DNA of 64,000 bases from Bdellovibrionales bacterium. Lineage in GTDB: Bacteria > Pseudomonadota > Alphaproteobacteria > UBA2400. The stretch's first letter is position 1. Each line of letters opens with the position of its first letter. A model generated the notes under the pieces. It saw nothing but the letters and a program-made list of their open reading frames with translations. It was not told the DNA's origin and made no database searches. Below are positions 51,492 through 62,143 of the stretch, piece after piece. Location of the stretch: positions 963 to 64,962 of the forward strand of contig JBDHTQ010000009.1 in assembly GCA_039808765.1 (NCBI GenBank), written 5' to 3'. The position numbers were made by a program, and so were the translations under genes.

Positions 51492-54400
51492 TTATTGCCC
51501 AGCTAAATTGCGTAAGCTGCGTCCGATCATCGCGAGCATTGATAAATCAAATTGTGGTGTGCTTTGTACCTCTTTCAATAAAATATCACAGCGCGACAAG
51601 ATTGCAGCATGGTCAGCGAGCCATGATGTGAAATTGCCCTGATTTTGCGTGAGAATACAAACAGAAATCTTTTGTTGCCAAGCGTAAAGATCTTCGACTA
51701 GCGCCAATGCTTCTTGTCTCTGCCAGTGGTTAGAGAAGTTAAGAGCAATTGTTTTTTGGCGTAAAGAATCCAATGCAAAGTGTTGGCCAACAGTGTAGTA
51801 AATGCCCGCAGACTGGGCCAACGAGCGATTGGCTTGTTTGGCAACAATTAAAATATCTAAGCCGTTTGAAAGAAAATCCAATGAGACAGTTTTTTGCGCA
51901 ATGTCAGCGGGCAGGCCTTGTTGCTGAAGTGTTTCCTGAACTTGCTGTAAGCGTGTGAGTGAGTCGGGCGGTAAAATCTGATCCTTTAATTCAATCAGCT
52001 CTTGAATGTCGCGCACCAACTCGTTTTGTGTTTCGGACATTTGAATTGGTCGTTTCAACATTTTCAGTAAGGCATTGGTGGTGCGTGCGACGAAGGTTTG
52101 ACTACGTATGAGTAAGTCAATTTGCAGACTATTGGCGATCACGGTGTCCAGTTTTTCAATGCTGCGCCAGTACAACGGTAAGCTGAAAACATGCCGAACG
52201 ATAACATACGCCCGCAATACATCGGCAATGCTATGGCCTGTGCGTTCAGACAATCCATGCACAAAAGTTGGCCCCATTCTGTTCACGACATTGTTGGCCA
52301 GAACGGTGGTAATGATTTCACGTCGTAAGCGATGGTTACGAATGGCACGCAGGTAGGGCTCGCGCATTGGCTTGGGAAAGTATTGGCGCAAATCAGCTTC
52401 CAGTGTCAAATCATCGGGCAAATCAGAGATCACGATATCGTCACATAAGGCAAGCTTGGCATGAGCAAGCAAAATTGCAATTTCAGGACGAGTTAAACCT
52501 TCACCTGCCTGCGCACGTTGAAGTAATTGATCATCCGTGGGTAAAAAAGAAACAACGCGATCCAGACGACTTTCTTTTTCCCACATGCGAATTAATCGTG
52601 CATGGGCTTCAAGCGAGGCGGCCGCTTGTTTGTGCTCAAGTGTGATGATTTCAGTTTGCAGATAATTGTTGCGCAAAACAAGCGCAGCCACATCTTCTGT
52701 CATGCCGGAAAGCAGCTCATTTCTTTGCGCCATTGTTAACGCACCAGTGGATAATTCGGCTTGTAAGGCAATCTTGATATTCACCTCATGGTCGGATGTG
52801 TCGACGCCTGCTGAGTTGTCAATGGCATCCGAGTTAATTGCGATTCCTTCATGAGCGAGCTCAATACGGGCGCGGGCGGTGATGCCGAGGTTTGCTCCTT
52901 CGCCAATTACTTTTGCGCGTACTTCATTTGCATTTACGCGCACGCCATCGTTCGCGCGATCGCTGGCATCGGCGTGACTTTCATCGGTTGCTTTAATATA
53001 AGTGCCAATGCCCCCGAGATACATTAAATCGACATCAGCGCGTAAAATCGCGCGGATGAGCTGATTGGGAGAAATACGATCGCCACTCAGCCCTAATACG
53101 TTGCGGATGGCTTGCGTGAGTTCAATAAATTTTGCTGATCGTTCAAAAACACCCCCCCCTGCAGAAATCAGCTGGGGATTGTAATCTGACCATTGGCTGC
53201 CCGGAAGTTTGAAGAGTCGTTCACGCTCCATAAAGCTGGCAGCAGCATCGGGTTGCGGATCAATAAAAATATGCTTGTGGTTAAACGCTGCGACCAAGAG
53301 CGTAACGCGTGAGCGCAGCATTCCGTTGCCGAACACATCCCCGGCCATATCACCAATGCCGACGCACGTGAAGGGCTCAACCTGAATGTTGCGCTCTTTC
53401 TCACGGAAATGACGTTTGACGGATTCCCACGCCCCGCGTGCCGTAATGCCCATCTCTTTGTGGTCATAACCCGCCGAGCCACCGGATGCGAATGCGTCGC
53501 CGAGCCAGAAGCCATATTCAAGGGACAAGCTGTTGGCAATGTCTGAAAAACGCGCTGTTCCCTTGTCTGCCGCGACAACGAGATAAGGGTCTTCGCCATC
53601 GTGGCGAACCACATTGGGTAGAGCGGCAATGCCATCAAGTGTCCGGTTATCGGTGAGATCAAGGAGTCCACGGATAAATGTTTTATAGCAGGATACAACT
53701 TCTTCTTTTTCTTGCGTGGGAGGTAGTGGCAAGCGTTTGCAGAAAAACCCACCCTTTGATCCAACAGGAACAATTACGGCATTTTTAACCATTTGAGCCT
53801 TCATAAGCCCCAGAACTTCGGTGCGAAAATCATCACGCCGATCAGACCAGCGGATGCCGCCGCGGGCTACTTTTCCCCCACGCAGATGGATGCCCTCAAC
53901 TTCAGGACTATACACCCAAATTTCAGCATAGGGGCGAGGCAGTGGAAGATCCAGAATTTTACCGCTTTCAATCTTGAACGAGATGTAGGGCTTGAACTGC
54001 TCATTATTCATGCGCTGATAATAGTTGGTGCGCAACGTAGATGTGATGAGATTAAGATAGCGGCGCAGAACGTCATCTTCTGTAAAGGATGTGATTTTCT
54101 CAATATCGGCTTCAATTGCCTTGATCACACTTAATTGTTTATCCTGAGCGTTTGGTGTTGAATCCGGTTGTTGTGCGGGATCAAAACGAACATGAAAAAG
54201 CTGCACCAGTTTTGCTGTAATGTGCGGATAGTTGGCAAGTGTATCGCAAATCAGGGATGGGGTCGCCATAAAGCCGATTTGTTGCAAATAACGAGCATAA
54301 GCACGCATAATCGTTACTTCGCGACTGTTGAGGCCGGGGGTGATCAGTAATTGATTGAAGCGATCGTCTTCAAGCGCACGTTTCCAAAGCAGGTGGAAAG

Positions 54401-56315
54401 CCTCTAGAAAATTTGCTTCAACCCGTACCAGATCAATAGGCTGACCGTTTTTTGTTTGCGCGAGTAATTCATGCACCCATACTTTTCCGTGTTCTTTGGG
54501 CCTGATGGTAAACGGCACTTCAGAAATAAGGCGCAGCGACATGTTTTCCAGGCGGGGAACGATGTCTGAAAGTGCAACGGCCGTATCTTTGTGAAAAAGA
54601 CGAATTTGCAAGCTGTCGGGGGCATTTGCAATGGGGTGGAGGCTGAGAGCCATTTCCCCACTTATGTTGATGTTTTCGATATATGATATATCGTCCGCTG
54701 CACGTTCAGGCATCACAATTGAGCGATAAGCGGTGGTAAAGGCATCAGCATAACGACGCCGTAGCGGCAAACTTTTTTCGCGCCCGTGGCGTGTAACCAA
54801 GGCATCCATAAGGAGATCGTCCCAGCCGCGGGCAGCATTGATGATTTGTTGTTCCAGTGAATCCGTGTCAGGTACACTCGACATGGCTGAAAGATTAATT
54901 AAAATTTGCACGCGTACGAGTGGGCTATCGCTAAGCGTGCTGACAAACGATTGTAGCTTTCCATTGAAGCCGTTTTCAAGGATGCGGGTAAACTCTTGTC
55001 GCATCTGCGTGTCGAAACGTTCGCGTGGCGTAAAAACAAGGCACGATGCATACCGGTTAAACGGATCGACCCAAACGAACAGGGCCGTACGGACACGGTC
55101 CGCCAGCATAAGAATGCCTTTTGAAATGCGAAACAAATTTGCTTCGTCAATTTGAAAGAGGTCGTCACGGGGATAGTTATTGAGAATATGGATCAGGGCC
55201 TTACCGTTATGGCTGCTTGGTTCCAGCTTGGACATGGCCACAATGCGATCAACTTTTTTGCGCAACCACGGCACATTTTGTGCAATTGTGCTGTACGCAA
55301 TTGATGTAAATAAACCGAGAAAAAGATGGAGTCCCGCCAAGCGACCATCCTCATGAAATCGCCGTATCCCTACCAAATCAAATGGAGATGCGCGATGCAC
55401 TGTCGAACGGGCTTGCATTTTATTGACAAATAAAAGCTCGGGTGCGCTGATGTAGTGCTGAATAGTCGTGGGCAGGGTATCAAATCTGCTCAAACCGTTG
55501 ATAACTACCAATTCGCTTGAGCGCATAAGACCGCGTTCAGCATTCGGGTCGGATTCGAGTCGTGCGCCGTCTTCGCTCAAATTGTAATTACGGCATCCCA
55601 AAAACACGAAGTGATCATTCATCCAACTGCAGAATGCGAGGGTTTCATCCTTGTCCTGTGCGCTGAGGTTTTTAAGCGATGTTGACTCAATGCTGGCACG
55701 CGCCGAGGCAAGTGCTTTAAGCATCGCCGGCCAGTCGGCAACAGACAGCTGCACATCTTTCAGCACATTGAGGAGTGTCGCTTGAATGGTGGCTAAAACG
55801 TCTTCCGGTTGGCGTTCAAACGAAGCATGCACCCATGATTCGCGTTCCACATGTTTTTCATCCTGATTCTCACTGAGGCTCAAGAGGTTTCCTGCCTCGT
55901 CACGGTGAGCAAAAATAACCGGGTGCTGCAAGAGGTGAATCGTTAAACCTTGGCGCGTTAAAGCTTCAGCCGTAGAGTCAATAATAAAAGGAATGTCAGG
56001 CAAGACCATTTCAACGTGAGTGGCATCTTGTCGCCAATTGCTTTCCTGCATGGGGGGATTATAGACATTTATTTTTGGCTCTGGTTTGCGATACTTCTGA
56101 ACCCACTGCCACATTCCTTGAATGCGCTGACGGTGAGATTCTTCCGAACTGCCAAGAAGGTCTTCTTCTGACACGTGATGATAAAATTTTGTTACAAACA
56201 AAGCAAAACTGGGCTTTAAAGCTTCGGGTACATTGGTACAGCTCTTTTGGATCAGATCGAGCAGTCTTATTTTTGGCATGGGTTGAGAAGATGCTTCAAT
56301 CTCTAGTTCTGACAT
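51492..56315 (-). CDS. gdh: NAD-specific glutamate dehydrogenase, large (about 180 kDa) type
   Basis: 1607 aa. A central Glu/Leu/Phe/Val dehydrogenase catalytic core embedded in long N- and C-terminal extensions, typical of the GdhB/large-GDH family. Confidence 0.9.
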   Translation of the reverse strand: MSELEIEASSQPMPKIRLLDLIQKSCTNVPEALKPSFALFVTKFYHHVSEEDLLGSSEESHRQRIQGMWQWVQKYRKPEPKINVYNPPMQESNWRQDATHVEMVLPDIPFIIDSTAEALTRQGLTIHLLQHPVIFAHRDEAGNLLSLSENQDEKHVERESWVHASFERQPEDVLATIQATLLNVLKDVQLSVADWPAMLKALASARASIESTSLKNLSAQDKDETLAFCSWMNDHFVFLGCRNYNLSEDGARLESDPNAERGLMRSSELVVINGLSRFDTLPTTIQHYISAPELLFVNKMQARSTVHRASPFDLVGIRRFHEDGRLAGLHLFLGLFTSIAYSTIAQNVPWLRKKVDRIVAMSKLEPSSHNGKALIHILNNYPRDDLFQIDEANLFRISKGILMLADRVRTALFVWVDPFNRYASCLVFTPRERFDTQMRQEFTRILENGFNGKLQSFVSTLSDSPLVRVQILINLSAMSSVPDTDSLEQQIINAARGWDDLLMDALVTRHGREKSLPLRRRYADAFTTAYRSIVMPERAADDISYIENINISGEMALSLHPIANAPDSLQIRLFHKDTAVALSDIVPRLENMSLRLISEVPFTIRPKEHGKVWVHELLAQTKNGQPIDLVRVEANFLEAFHLLWKRALEDDRFNQLLITPGLNSREVTIMRAYARYLQQIGFMATPSLICDTLANYPHITAKLVQLFHVRFDPAQQPDSTPNAQDKQLSVIKAIEADIEKITSFTEDDVLRRYLNLITSTLRTNYYQRMNNEQFKPYISFKIESGKILDLPLPRPYAEIWVYSPEVEGIHLRGGKVARGGIRWSDRRDDFRTEVLGLMKAQMVKNAVIVPVGSKGGFFCKRLPLPPTQEKEEVVSCYKTFIRGLLDLTDNRTLDGIAALPNVVRHDGEDPYLVVAADKGTARFSDIANSLSLEYGFWLGDAFASGGSAGYDHKEMGITARGAWESVKRHFREKERNIQVEPFTCVGIGDMAGDVFGNGMLRSRVTLLVAAFNHKHIFIDPQPDAAASFMERERLFKLPGSQWSDYNPQLISAGGGVFERSAKFIELTQAIRNVLGLSGDRISPNQLIRAILRADVDLMYLGGIGTYIKATDESHADASDRANDGVRVNANEVRAKVIGEGANLGITARARIELAHEGIAINSDAIDNSAGVDTSDHEVNIKIALQAELSTGALTMAQRNELLSGMTEDVAALVLRNNYLQTEIITLEHKQAAASLEAHARLIRMWEKESRLDRVVSFLPTDDQLLQRAQAGEGLTRPEIAILLAHAKLALCDDIVISDLPDDLTLEADLRQYFPKPMREPYLRAIRNHRLRREIITTVLANNVVNRMGPTFVHGLSERTGHSIADVLRAYVIVRHVFSLPLYWRSIEKLDTVIANSLQIDLLIRSQTFVARTTNALLKMLKRPIQMSETQNELVRDIQELIELKDQILPPDSLTRLQQVQETLQQQGLPADIAQKTVSLDFLSNGLDILIVAKQANRSLAQSAGIYYTVGQHFALDSLRQKTIALNFSNHWQRQEALALVEDLYAWQQKISVCILTQNQGNFTSWLADHAAILSRCDILLKEVQSTPQFDLSMLAMIGRSLRNLAGQ

Positions 56316-56375
56316 TTTAACCGAACTCCTGATTTTTTATCACATGTTGTTGGGGGCGGTGTGGTGGATAATAAC

Positions 56376-56873
56376 TTAATGGGTAATTTTTTCGTCGGAA
56401 GACACGCCCCAAATCTGTTTTTTATCAATCCACCCGCTGTAGTTTTTTACGTCGATCAAGCACCACTCTGCCAGACATTCGCTCACTTGAGCAATCACGC
56501 CGGGTTGTAATTGTGCAATGGGCGCCGCGATTGAGACAGGTTGTTGACGCAAAATAGCCGTTTGGGGATGCACAACTACGACGCGTTTTCCTGAAACCAA
56601 GGCCTGATTGACCCATCCTTCGGTGCCCAACCAATCGCGAATTTTTCGCCAGTTTTCATACTCGGCAATAATTTGTACGGGCATCCCTTTATAGATGAGC
56701 GTCCAAAGAATAGGATAGCGGCTACCAGGTCCTGACCTAACGTTAACTTCGGCTGAGCGTGTTGAAACGAAGCGCGGGAGAGGTAGTCCGCTTTGGTCTC
56801 CTACGGCCTGAGCTATGCTTCTTGGGGACGAAAAAGTGAGCAAGGCTGCGCAAAAAGCCAGAGTTTTCAGCAT
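56376..56873 (-). CDS. Secreted bacterial SH3-domain protein (two SH3b-like repeats)
   Basis: Signal peptide MLKTLAFCAALLTFSSPRSIA and repeated SH3b-like segments (VNVRSGPGSRYPILWTL..., QVSECLAEWCLIDVKNYSGWI). Confidence 0.65.
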   Translation of the reverse strand: MLKTLAFCAALLTFSSPRSIAQAVGDQSGLPLPRFVSTRSAEVNVRSGPGSRYPILWTLIYKGMPVQIIAEYENWRKIRDWLGTEGWVNQALVSGKRVVVVHPQTAILRQQPVSIAAPIAQLQPGVIAQVSECLAEWCLIDVKNYSGWIDKKQIWGVSSDEKITH

Positions 56874-57100
56874 TGATGCAAAAGAAGAAGTACACATGCG
56901 CCCATTTTATACCTCAAGCGCCAACTGTGACAAGCCCGCATAATTTTTGAAAATTAGGGTGATGGAGGCGCTTTCATGGCTAAATAGTACTTGAGGTTGC
57001 CTTGACAGGCAGGCTATAAACGGAAATCAAAGTGGGGTTCGCATGCCTCATGTCTTGAACAGGGATTTTTTTACACAGTATTTTGTGGAGGGATGGGAAA

Positions 57101-57553
57101 ATGCGCACGTTTCGGTTCATGAATATTTTCTTGGCATTGATGCTACTTCTTGCCGGAGCGACATCTGCCCATGCGGGTTCAGGTGGTTTTTGTTCTGATC
57201 TCTCCTCAACCACGCCAGCTGATGCGGCGGTCGCTTTGCGGGGTTCTTTGCCCAGCGGTACATCACTTGGGGGTGCTGCACAATCAATACTTATTTCTGC
57301 ATTTGAATCGGCTGCAGAGAAAAATCCCGGTTACATTGTCGAGGTTGGCAGCTTGATTGCCATTGGTCGTCCAGATGCACTTGATGCGTTACGCAAAAGC
57401 GTTTATCGCATTTGCGTTGCGAATGCCGAATTGATTTGGAACAAAATTCTTCTCGCACTTCAGAATCCAACAGCAGAGCAGCTTGCTGCAATTGCATCGA
57501 CTGATGGTGTTTCACCTGCCGCAGGTGAAGACGGTGATGGAAGCGGCGGCTAA
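57101..57553 (+). CDS. Secreted Ala/Gly/Ser-rich hypothetical protein
   Basis: Signal peptide MRTFRFMNIFLALMLLLAGATSAHA. GGAGGG SD. A strong terminator follows. Confidence 0.5.
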   Translation: MRTFRFMNIFLALMLLLAGATSAHAGSGGFCSDLSSTTPADAAVALRGSLPSGTSLGGAAQSILISAFESAAEKNPGYIVEVGSLIAIGRPDALDALRKSVYRICVANAELIWNKILLALQNPTAEQLAAIASTDGVSPAAGEDGDGSGG

Positions 57554-57580
57554 CGCCTGACCACAAGCGATGAAGAAGAG

Positions 57581-57614
57581 AAGGCTGCAAGAAAGATTGC
57601 AGCCTTCTTTTTTT
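57581..57614 (+). terminator. Rho-independent terminator
   Basis: AAGGCTGCAA-GAAAGAT-TGCAGCCTT followed by CTTTTTTTG. Confidence 0.85.
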
Positions 57615-57692
57615 GTTCTTTAAACATGAAAGCCAACGATAAATGCCCTTTTTTGGTTGCCTTGAACCAGTCAATCGGTTAACTGTCGCAGC

Positions 57693-59921
57693 ATGACCCA
57701 TGTTGACCCTTCCGCCTTGCATTCACTGCACACAATTGATGAGCCTCCGGCGCAGGATTTGAAAATCTCTCGTCAGGATGTATTGGAGGTGCGCGAGATT
57801 TTGCGCATGCTTAAGCGTCGTCGTTGGTTGATTTTAGGCACGGTCGGCGTGGCGTTGGTGGTGGCTGCATTGTTGCTGTCGCAGCTTCGTCCGCAATATA
57901 CGGCATCTGCTTCGGTAATGGTGGATCCGCGTCAAACCAACGTTGTGGATTTAGAAGAAGTTTTATCTGGTTTACCCGTGAATGCGGAGACGGTACAAAG
58001 TGAAATTGAGGTTTTGCGTTCGCGCGATTTGGCAGGTCGCGTGGTAGATAAACTAAAACTCAGTGACAATGCCGAGTTTTCAGAAATTGTTCGCAGGCAA
58101 AATGAAAAAAGCTTTTTAACCGATCAAGATCATCAGGATACAATTCGCAATGCTGTGATTGATCATTTTTTGAATTCACTTACTGTTAAAATTGCCGGTC
58201 GATCGCGCGTAATTACCATGAGTTATCGATCACATGATCCACGTCTTTCAGCTGCAATTGCTAATAACATTGTTGATCTGTATGTTTCCGGCCAGCTTGA
58301 AACGCGGATATTGGCCACCCGGAATGCATCATCCTGGCTTAATCAAAAGCTTGAGCAACTGCGCATTGATGCCGAGAGTGCCGAGCTGGCTGTCGACCGT
58401 TTTAAAGAGCTGAATAATTTATCAAGCGAACCGGGCCGTGGGACGGTGGTGGACAAAAAAACTCTGATTCAGCCTTCTGTCGCTAAGACGAATACGGATT
58501 CTCTTCTTTCAGATACAAAAGAAAGTTTGCAAGCGCAGCGTAACGTGCTGATGATTTTGCGTGATAGTATGACTCCTCCTGCTCAATGGGGTGACCAAGA
58601 TTTACATCAGATGTATGATGAGCTGGTTTCGCTGGATGCTGAGCGCATGAATTTGTCATCACGGTTGGGGCCGCGTCACCCAAAGATGGTGGATGTTGAA
58701 TCTCGGTTGAACTTGGCACATAATCAGTTTACACAAATTCTGAATGACCGGATTTCTCAATTTGATACCCGTTTAAAAGCGGGTGATTACATCTCGACCA
58801 ACCAAGGCACACTCCTGACCAGCAGTGATGCGACAGCGCCGATCGTTGAAAAACTGGATAATCCCGAAGAAGCACGCGCTCGCTTAAGCACACTGGAACG
58901 TGAAGCAAAAGCCAATCGGACATTGTACGAAACTTTTTTGAATCGTTATAAGCAAACTACTGAGCAACAAGGCTTAGAGCAAGCGGATGCGCGGGTGATT
59001 TCGCGTGCCAGTATTCCCCTTTCTCCCTCTTTTCCCAACAAGCCGTTGTTTATGTTGCTGACGTTGGTCGGGGCACTGGGGGTGTCCCTGATTCTTGCCT
59101 TTATTGTTGAGCAAATGGATGCGGGTTTTCGTAGTTCTGACCAGATTGAAGCGCTTTTGGGATTGCCCGCACTGGCCATGGTTCCTACGCTTAAATCGCT
59201 GGGTGTAAAAGGTGAGCATCCAGAAAGTTATATTGTGAGCAAGCCCAATTCAGCCTTGGCCGAATCTGTGCGGGCGCTGCGGATGGCTTTGTTGCTTGCT
59301 GATGTTGACCATCCACCCAGGGTTGTGATGATCACCTCCGCATTGCCCGGTGAAGGCAAAACCTCACTTTGTTTGGCTTTGGCACGCATGGCGGCAATGG
59401 GAGGTGAAAAGGTGGTTGTGGTTGATGCAGATTTGCGTCGTCCGCGAATTCATGAAGCCCTGCATGCTCCGCATAAAGAAGGGTTGGTGGATGCTTTAGC
59501 CAAGCCGTCATCATTGGTTGGTGTTATCCAGCAAAACATTTTGGAGGAGTGCCGGTTTGATTATATTACGGCTGGCTCAGCGGATGTGCATTCTGCCGAG
59601 TTGGTGCGTTCGGCTGCAATGAAGCAGGTGGTGGAAGAGCTTTCTCGGCATTATACGTTGGTCATTCTGGATACCCCGCCAGTTTTACCTGTGGCCGACG
59701 CCAAATTATTATCGCTCTTGGCCGATAAAGTGATTTACGTTGTGCGTTGGAACCATACATTCCGCACAACTGTTCAGCAGGCGGTCAAACAATTGCGCGA
59801 CGTAAAGGCTAAGTTTTCCGGTGTTGTGCTTAACCACGTTGACGTGCGCCGCCATGCAGAATATAGCTACAGCGACAGCGGCTACTACTACGGCCGTTAT
59901 AAAAAGTATTATACTGACTAG
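57693..59921 (+). CDS. Polysaccharide co-polymerase / tyrosine autokinase (Wzc/ExoP/GumC-like, PCP-2a)
   Basis: 742 aa. N-terminal TM and Wzz-like periplasmic domain, a coiled coil, a second TM, then a cytoplasmic P-loop kinase (ITSALPGEGKTS, Walker B VVVVDADLR) and a C-terminal Tyr cluster YSYSDSGYYYGRYKKYY. Confidence 0.9.
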   Translation: MTHVDPSALHSLHTIDEPPAQDLKISRQDVLEVREILRMLKRRRWLILGTVGVALVVAALLLSQLRPQYTASASVMVDPRQTNVVDLEEVLSGLPVNAETVQSEIEVLRSRDLAGRVVDKLKLSDNAEFSEIVRRQNEKSFLTDQDHQDTIRNAVIDHFLNSLTVKIAGRSRVITMSYRSHDPRLSAAIANNIVDLYVSGQLETRILATRNASSWLNQKLEQLRIDAESAELAVDRFKELNNLSSEPGRGTVVDKKTLIQPSVAKTNTDSLLSDTKESLQAQRNVLMILRDSMTPPAQWGDQDLHQMYDELVSLDAERMNLSSRLGPRHPKMVDVESRLNLAHNQFTQILNDRISQFDTRLKAGDYISTNQGTLLTSSDATAPIVEKLDNPEEARARLSTLEREAKANRTLYETFLNRYKQTTEQQGLEQADARVISRASIPLSPSFPNKPLFMLLTLVGALGVSLILAFIVEQMDAGFRSSDQIEALLGLPALAMVPTLKSLGVKGEHPESYIVSKPNSALAESVRALRMALLLADVDHPPRVVMITSALPGEGKTSLCLALARMAAMGGEKVVVVDADLRRPRIHEALHAPHKEGLVDALAKPSSLVGVIQQNILEECRFDYITAGSADVHSAELVRSAAMKQVVEELSRHYTLVILDTPPVLPVADAKLLSLLADKVIYVVRWNHTFRTTVQQAVKQLRDVKAKFSGVVLNHVDVRRHAEYSYSDSGYYYGRYKKYYTD

Positions 59922-59975
59922 AGCAGATCCCGAATAGGACAATTATTACCATGATTTAGGCTAAAGCGGCTTTGT

Positions 59976-60188
59976 TCAGGCGATAATGTCCGGCAGCAGC
60001 AAGTTCTCGATCTTGGTGATTTCATCTTTAAGCGCAAGCTTGCGTTTTTTCAGGCGTTGAATTTGCAGCTGGTCCACGGGCATGTGGTGACTGATGCGTG
60101 AAATGACATCGTCAAGGTCACGATGCTCACTTTGAAGCTCTGCGAGTCGTAGTTGTAATTGCTTTTGTTCAATCGGATCACTGTTCAT
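59976..60188 (-). CDS. DUF465 (YdcH-like) small protein, second copy in the window
   Basis: MNSDPIEQKQLQLRLAELQSEHRDLDDVISRI...LQIQRLKKRKLALKDEI. The ORF is open to 60254. Confidence 0.6.
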   Translation of the reverse strand: MNSDPIEQKQLQLRLAELQSEHRDLDDVISRISHHMPVDQLQIQRLKKRKLALKDEITKIENLLLPDIIA

Positions 60189-60351
60189 TTTCGGTGCCGT
60201 TTTTCCGTTTCTGAGCCGGTTTGTCTGCTTTTTATGCAGGATGAGCCATATCATCCTACCAAAAAGTTAAAAACTTATAACACATCATCTAGCAAATTTC
60301 TGCAATTTCATTATGGTGGGGGGCCAGACTTCACTTAACTTAGGTAAAATC

Positions 60352-61413
60352 ATGTCAAATCCAGGAAAGAAAAAAATCTGTGTTTTTACATCGGGCGGCG
60401 ATTGTGCCGGTCTGAATGCTGCAATTCGTGGTGTGGTGCATCGTGCCATTCTTGGTTATGGCTGGGATGTTATCGGCAGTTTTGATGGAACAGAGGGGCT
60501 TTTAAATCGCCCCATGCGCTATCGTACGCTTACCCTTGATGATGTAAATCCCAACGTGTTAAGACAAGGAAGCACAATTTTGGGTGCCTATAATAAGGGG
60601 AATGTTCCCCCAACCGGAGAAATGCTGAACGCGGCTATACGCGAATTGGGGATTGATGCGGTTATCGCAATTGGTGGTGATGGCTCATTTTCCATCGTAA
60701 GCAAGCTGTTAGACCCGAGTATCCAGTTTGTTGGGATTCCAAAGACAATGGATAATGATGTTTCAGGGACAGAGATGTCGATTGGGTTCCATTCTGCTGT
60801 CGGTGTTGCAACTGAGGCTTTGGATCGTCTTCATCCCACTGCGGCCGGTCATCATCGCGTAATGGTTTTAGAGGTTATGGGGCGTGATGCAGGTCATGGC
60901 GCTTTGGAAACGGGGATCGCGGGGGGGGCGGATATCATTTTGCTTCCTGAAATTCCGTGGAATCCTGAATCTCTTGTCAAGAAACTGAAAGCTATTCGTG
61001 AAACAGGCCGAAATTATGCAACGATTGTGGTGTCTGAAGCAGCAAAGCTGAATGATGGCGCGATTGTGCAAAAAGAATTTGCTGGAGGGCAAAAGCGCTA
61101 TGGTGGCATTGGTGAACACATCGTTCAAATTGTTTCCAGTCAAGCTAACATGGAAGCACGTGCCATGATGGTTGGGCATACTCAGCGGGGATGTGCCCCA
61201 ACCTTTACAGACCGTTTGATCGGTCAGGTTTTTGGTGCTAAGGCTGTCGATCTTATTGCAGAGGGAAAAACGCATCGCGTGACAGCATGGCGCGGTCGTC
61301 AGGTTGTTGATATTCCAATGGAAGAAGCGATTGGGGCATATCACGCAGTGGATCCTTGCGGGGCCCTTGTTAGTGCAGCAAGAGCGTTAGGAATTTCATT
61401 TGGGGACGAATAA
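60352..61413 (+). CDS. pfk: 6-phosphofructokinase (PfkA family; phosphoryl donor ATP or PPi cannot be decided from sequence)
   Basis: Motifs ICVFTSGGDCAGLNAAIRG, GGDGS, PKTMDNDV and MGR. The ORF is open from 60313. Confidence 0.9.
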   Translation: MSNPGKKKICVFTSGGDCAGLNAAIRGVVHRAILGYGWDVIGSFDGTEGLLNRPMRYRTLTLDDVNPNVLRQGSTILGAYNKGNVPPTGEMLNAAIRELGIDAVIAIGGDGSFSIVSKLLDPSIQFVGIPKTMDNDVSGTEMSIGFHSAVGVATEALDRLHPTAAGHHRVMVLEVMGRDAGHGALETGIAGGADIILLPEIPWNPESLVKKLKAIRETGRNYATIVVSEAAKLNDGAIVQKEFAGGQKRYGGIGEHIVQIVSSQANMEARAMMVGHTQRGCAPTFTDRLIGQVFGAKAVDLIAEGKTHRVTAWRGRQVVDIPMEEAIGAYHAVDPCGALVSAARALGISFGDE

Positions 61414-61422
61414 GGAGTAAGG

Positions 61423-61983
61423 ATGCTGACAAGCCTGCCCAACCTTTTAACGCTATCACGCATTGCGGCAATCCCAGCGATTGTCGCATTGATGTTCGTG
61501 GCAGAAGCTTGGGCGGCTTGGTTGGCTTTGTTTTTGTATATTTTAGCGTGTTTGACAGATTGGCTGGACGGCTATTTTGCGCGGGCACAAAATTTGGAAT
61601 CGCCTGTGGGAAAGTTTTTGGATCCTATCGCGGATAAGCTTTTGGTGAGCGCCTTGCTATTAGTGATGGCGGGAACAGATCGATTGACATTTTGGGCCTT
61701 GCCAGCGGCGATCGTTATTTTATTGCGCGAAATTCTGGTGTCAGGATTGCGAGAGTTTTTGGCGGGATTGAATAAAATCAGTGTGCCTGTTTCGCGAGTG
61801 GCAAAATGGAAAACAGCGATGCAAATGGTTGCACTGGGGTTTTTGATCATCGGGGTTTGGGGGCCTTGGGGCTGGCCGTGGAAAGAGATTGGCGGCCTGG
61901 GTTTGTGGTTTGCCGCAATCCTAACTGTGCTGACGGGCTGGAGTTATATGCGTATCGGCTGGAAGCATATGAACGAGATATAA
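61423..61983 (+). CDS. pgsA: CDP-diacylglycerol--glycerol-3-phosphate 3-phosphatidyltransferase
   Basis: 186 aa. CDP-alcohol phosphotransferase motif DWLDGYFARAQNLESPVGKFLDPIADK. Confidence 0.85.
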   Translation: MLTSLPNLLTLSRIAAIPAIVALMFVAEAWAAWLALFLYILACLTDWLDGYFARAQNLESPVGKFLDPIADKLLVSALLLVMAGTDRLTFWALPAAIVILLREILVSGLREFLAGLNKISVPVSRVAKWKTAMQMVALGFLIIGVWGPWGWPWKEIGGLGLWFAAILTVLTGWSYMRIGWKHMNEI

Positions 61984-62143
61984 AATAAGGTGTGATTGTC
62001 CCGGATTTTTTAAATCTCGCTTTTACACATTAGTGTAAATTCCAAAAAGATAGACGTACTCTGTTTTGTATTTTTGTTTTGTATTTTTGACGAAATATAT
62101 CGTCAAAGATAGCCTTTGTTATTTCACCTTTTCAGGATTGGCC

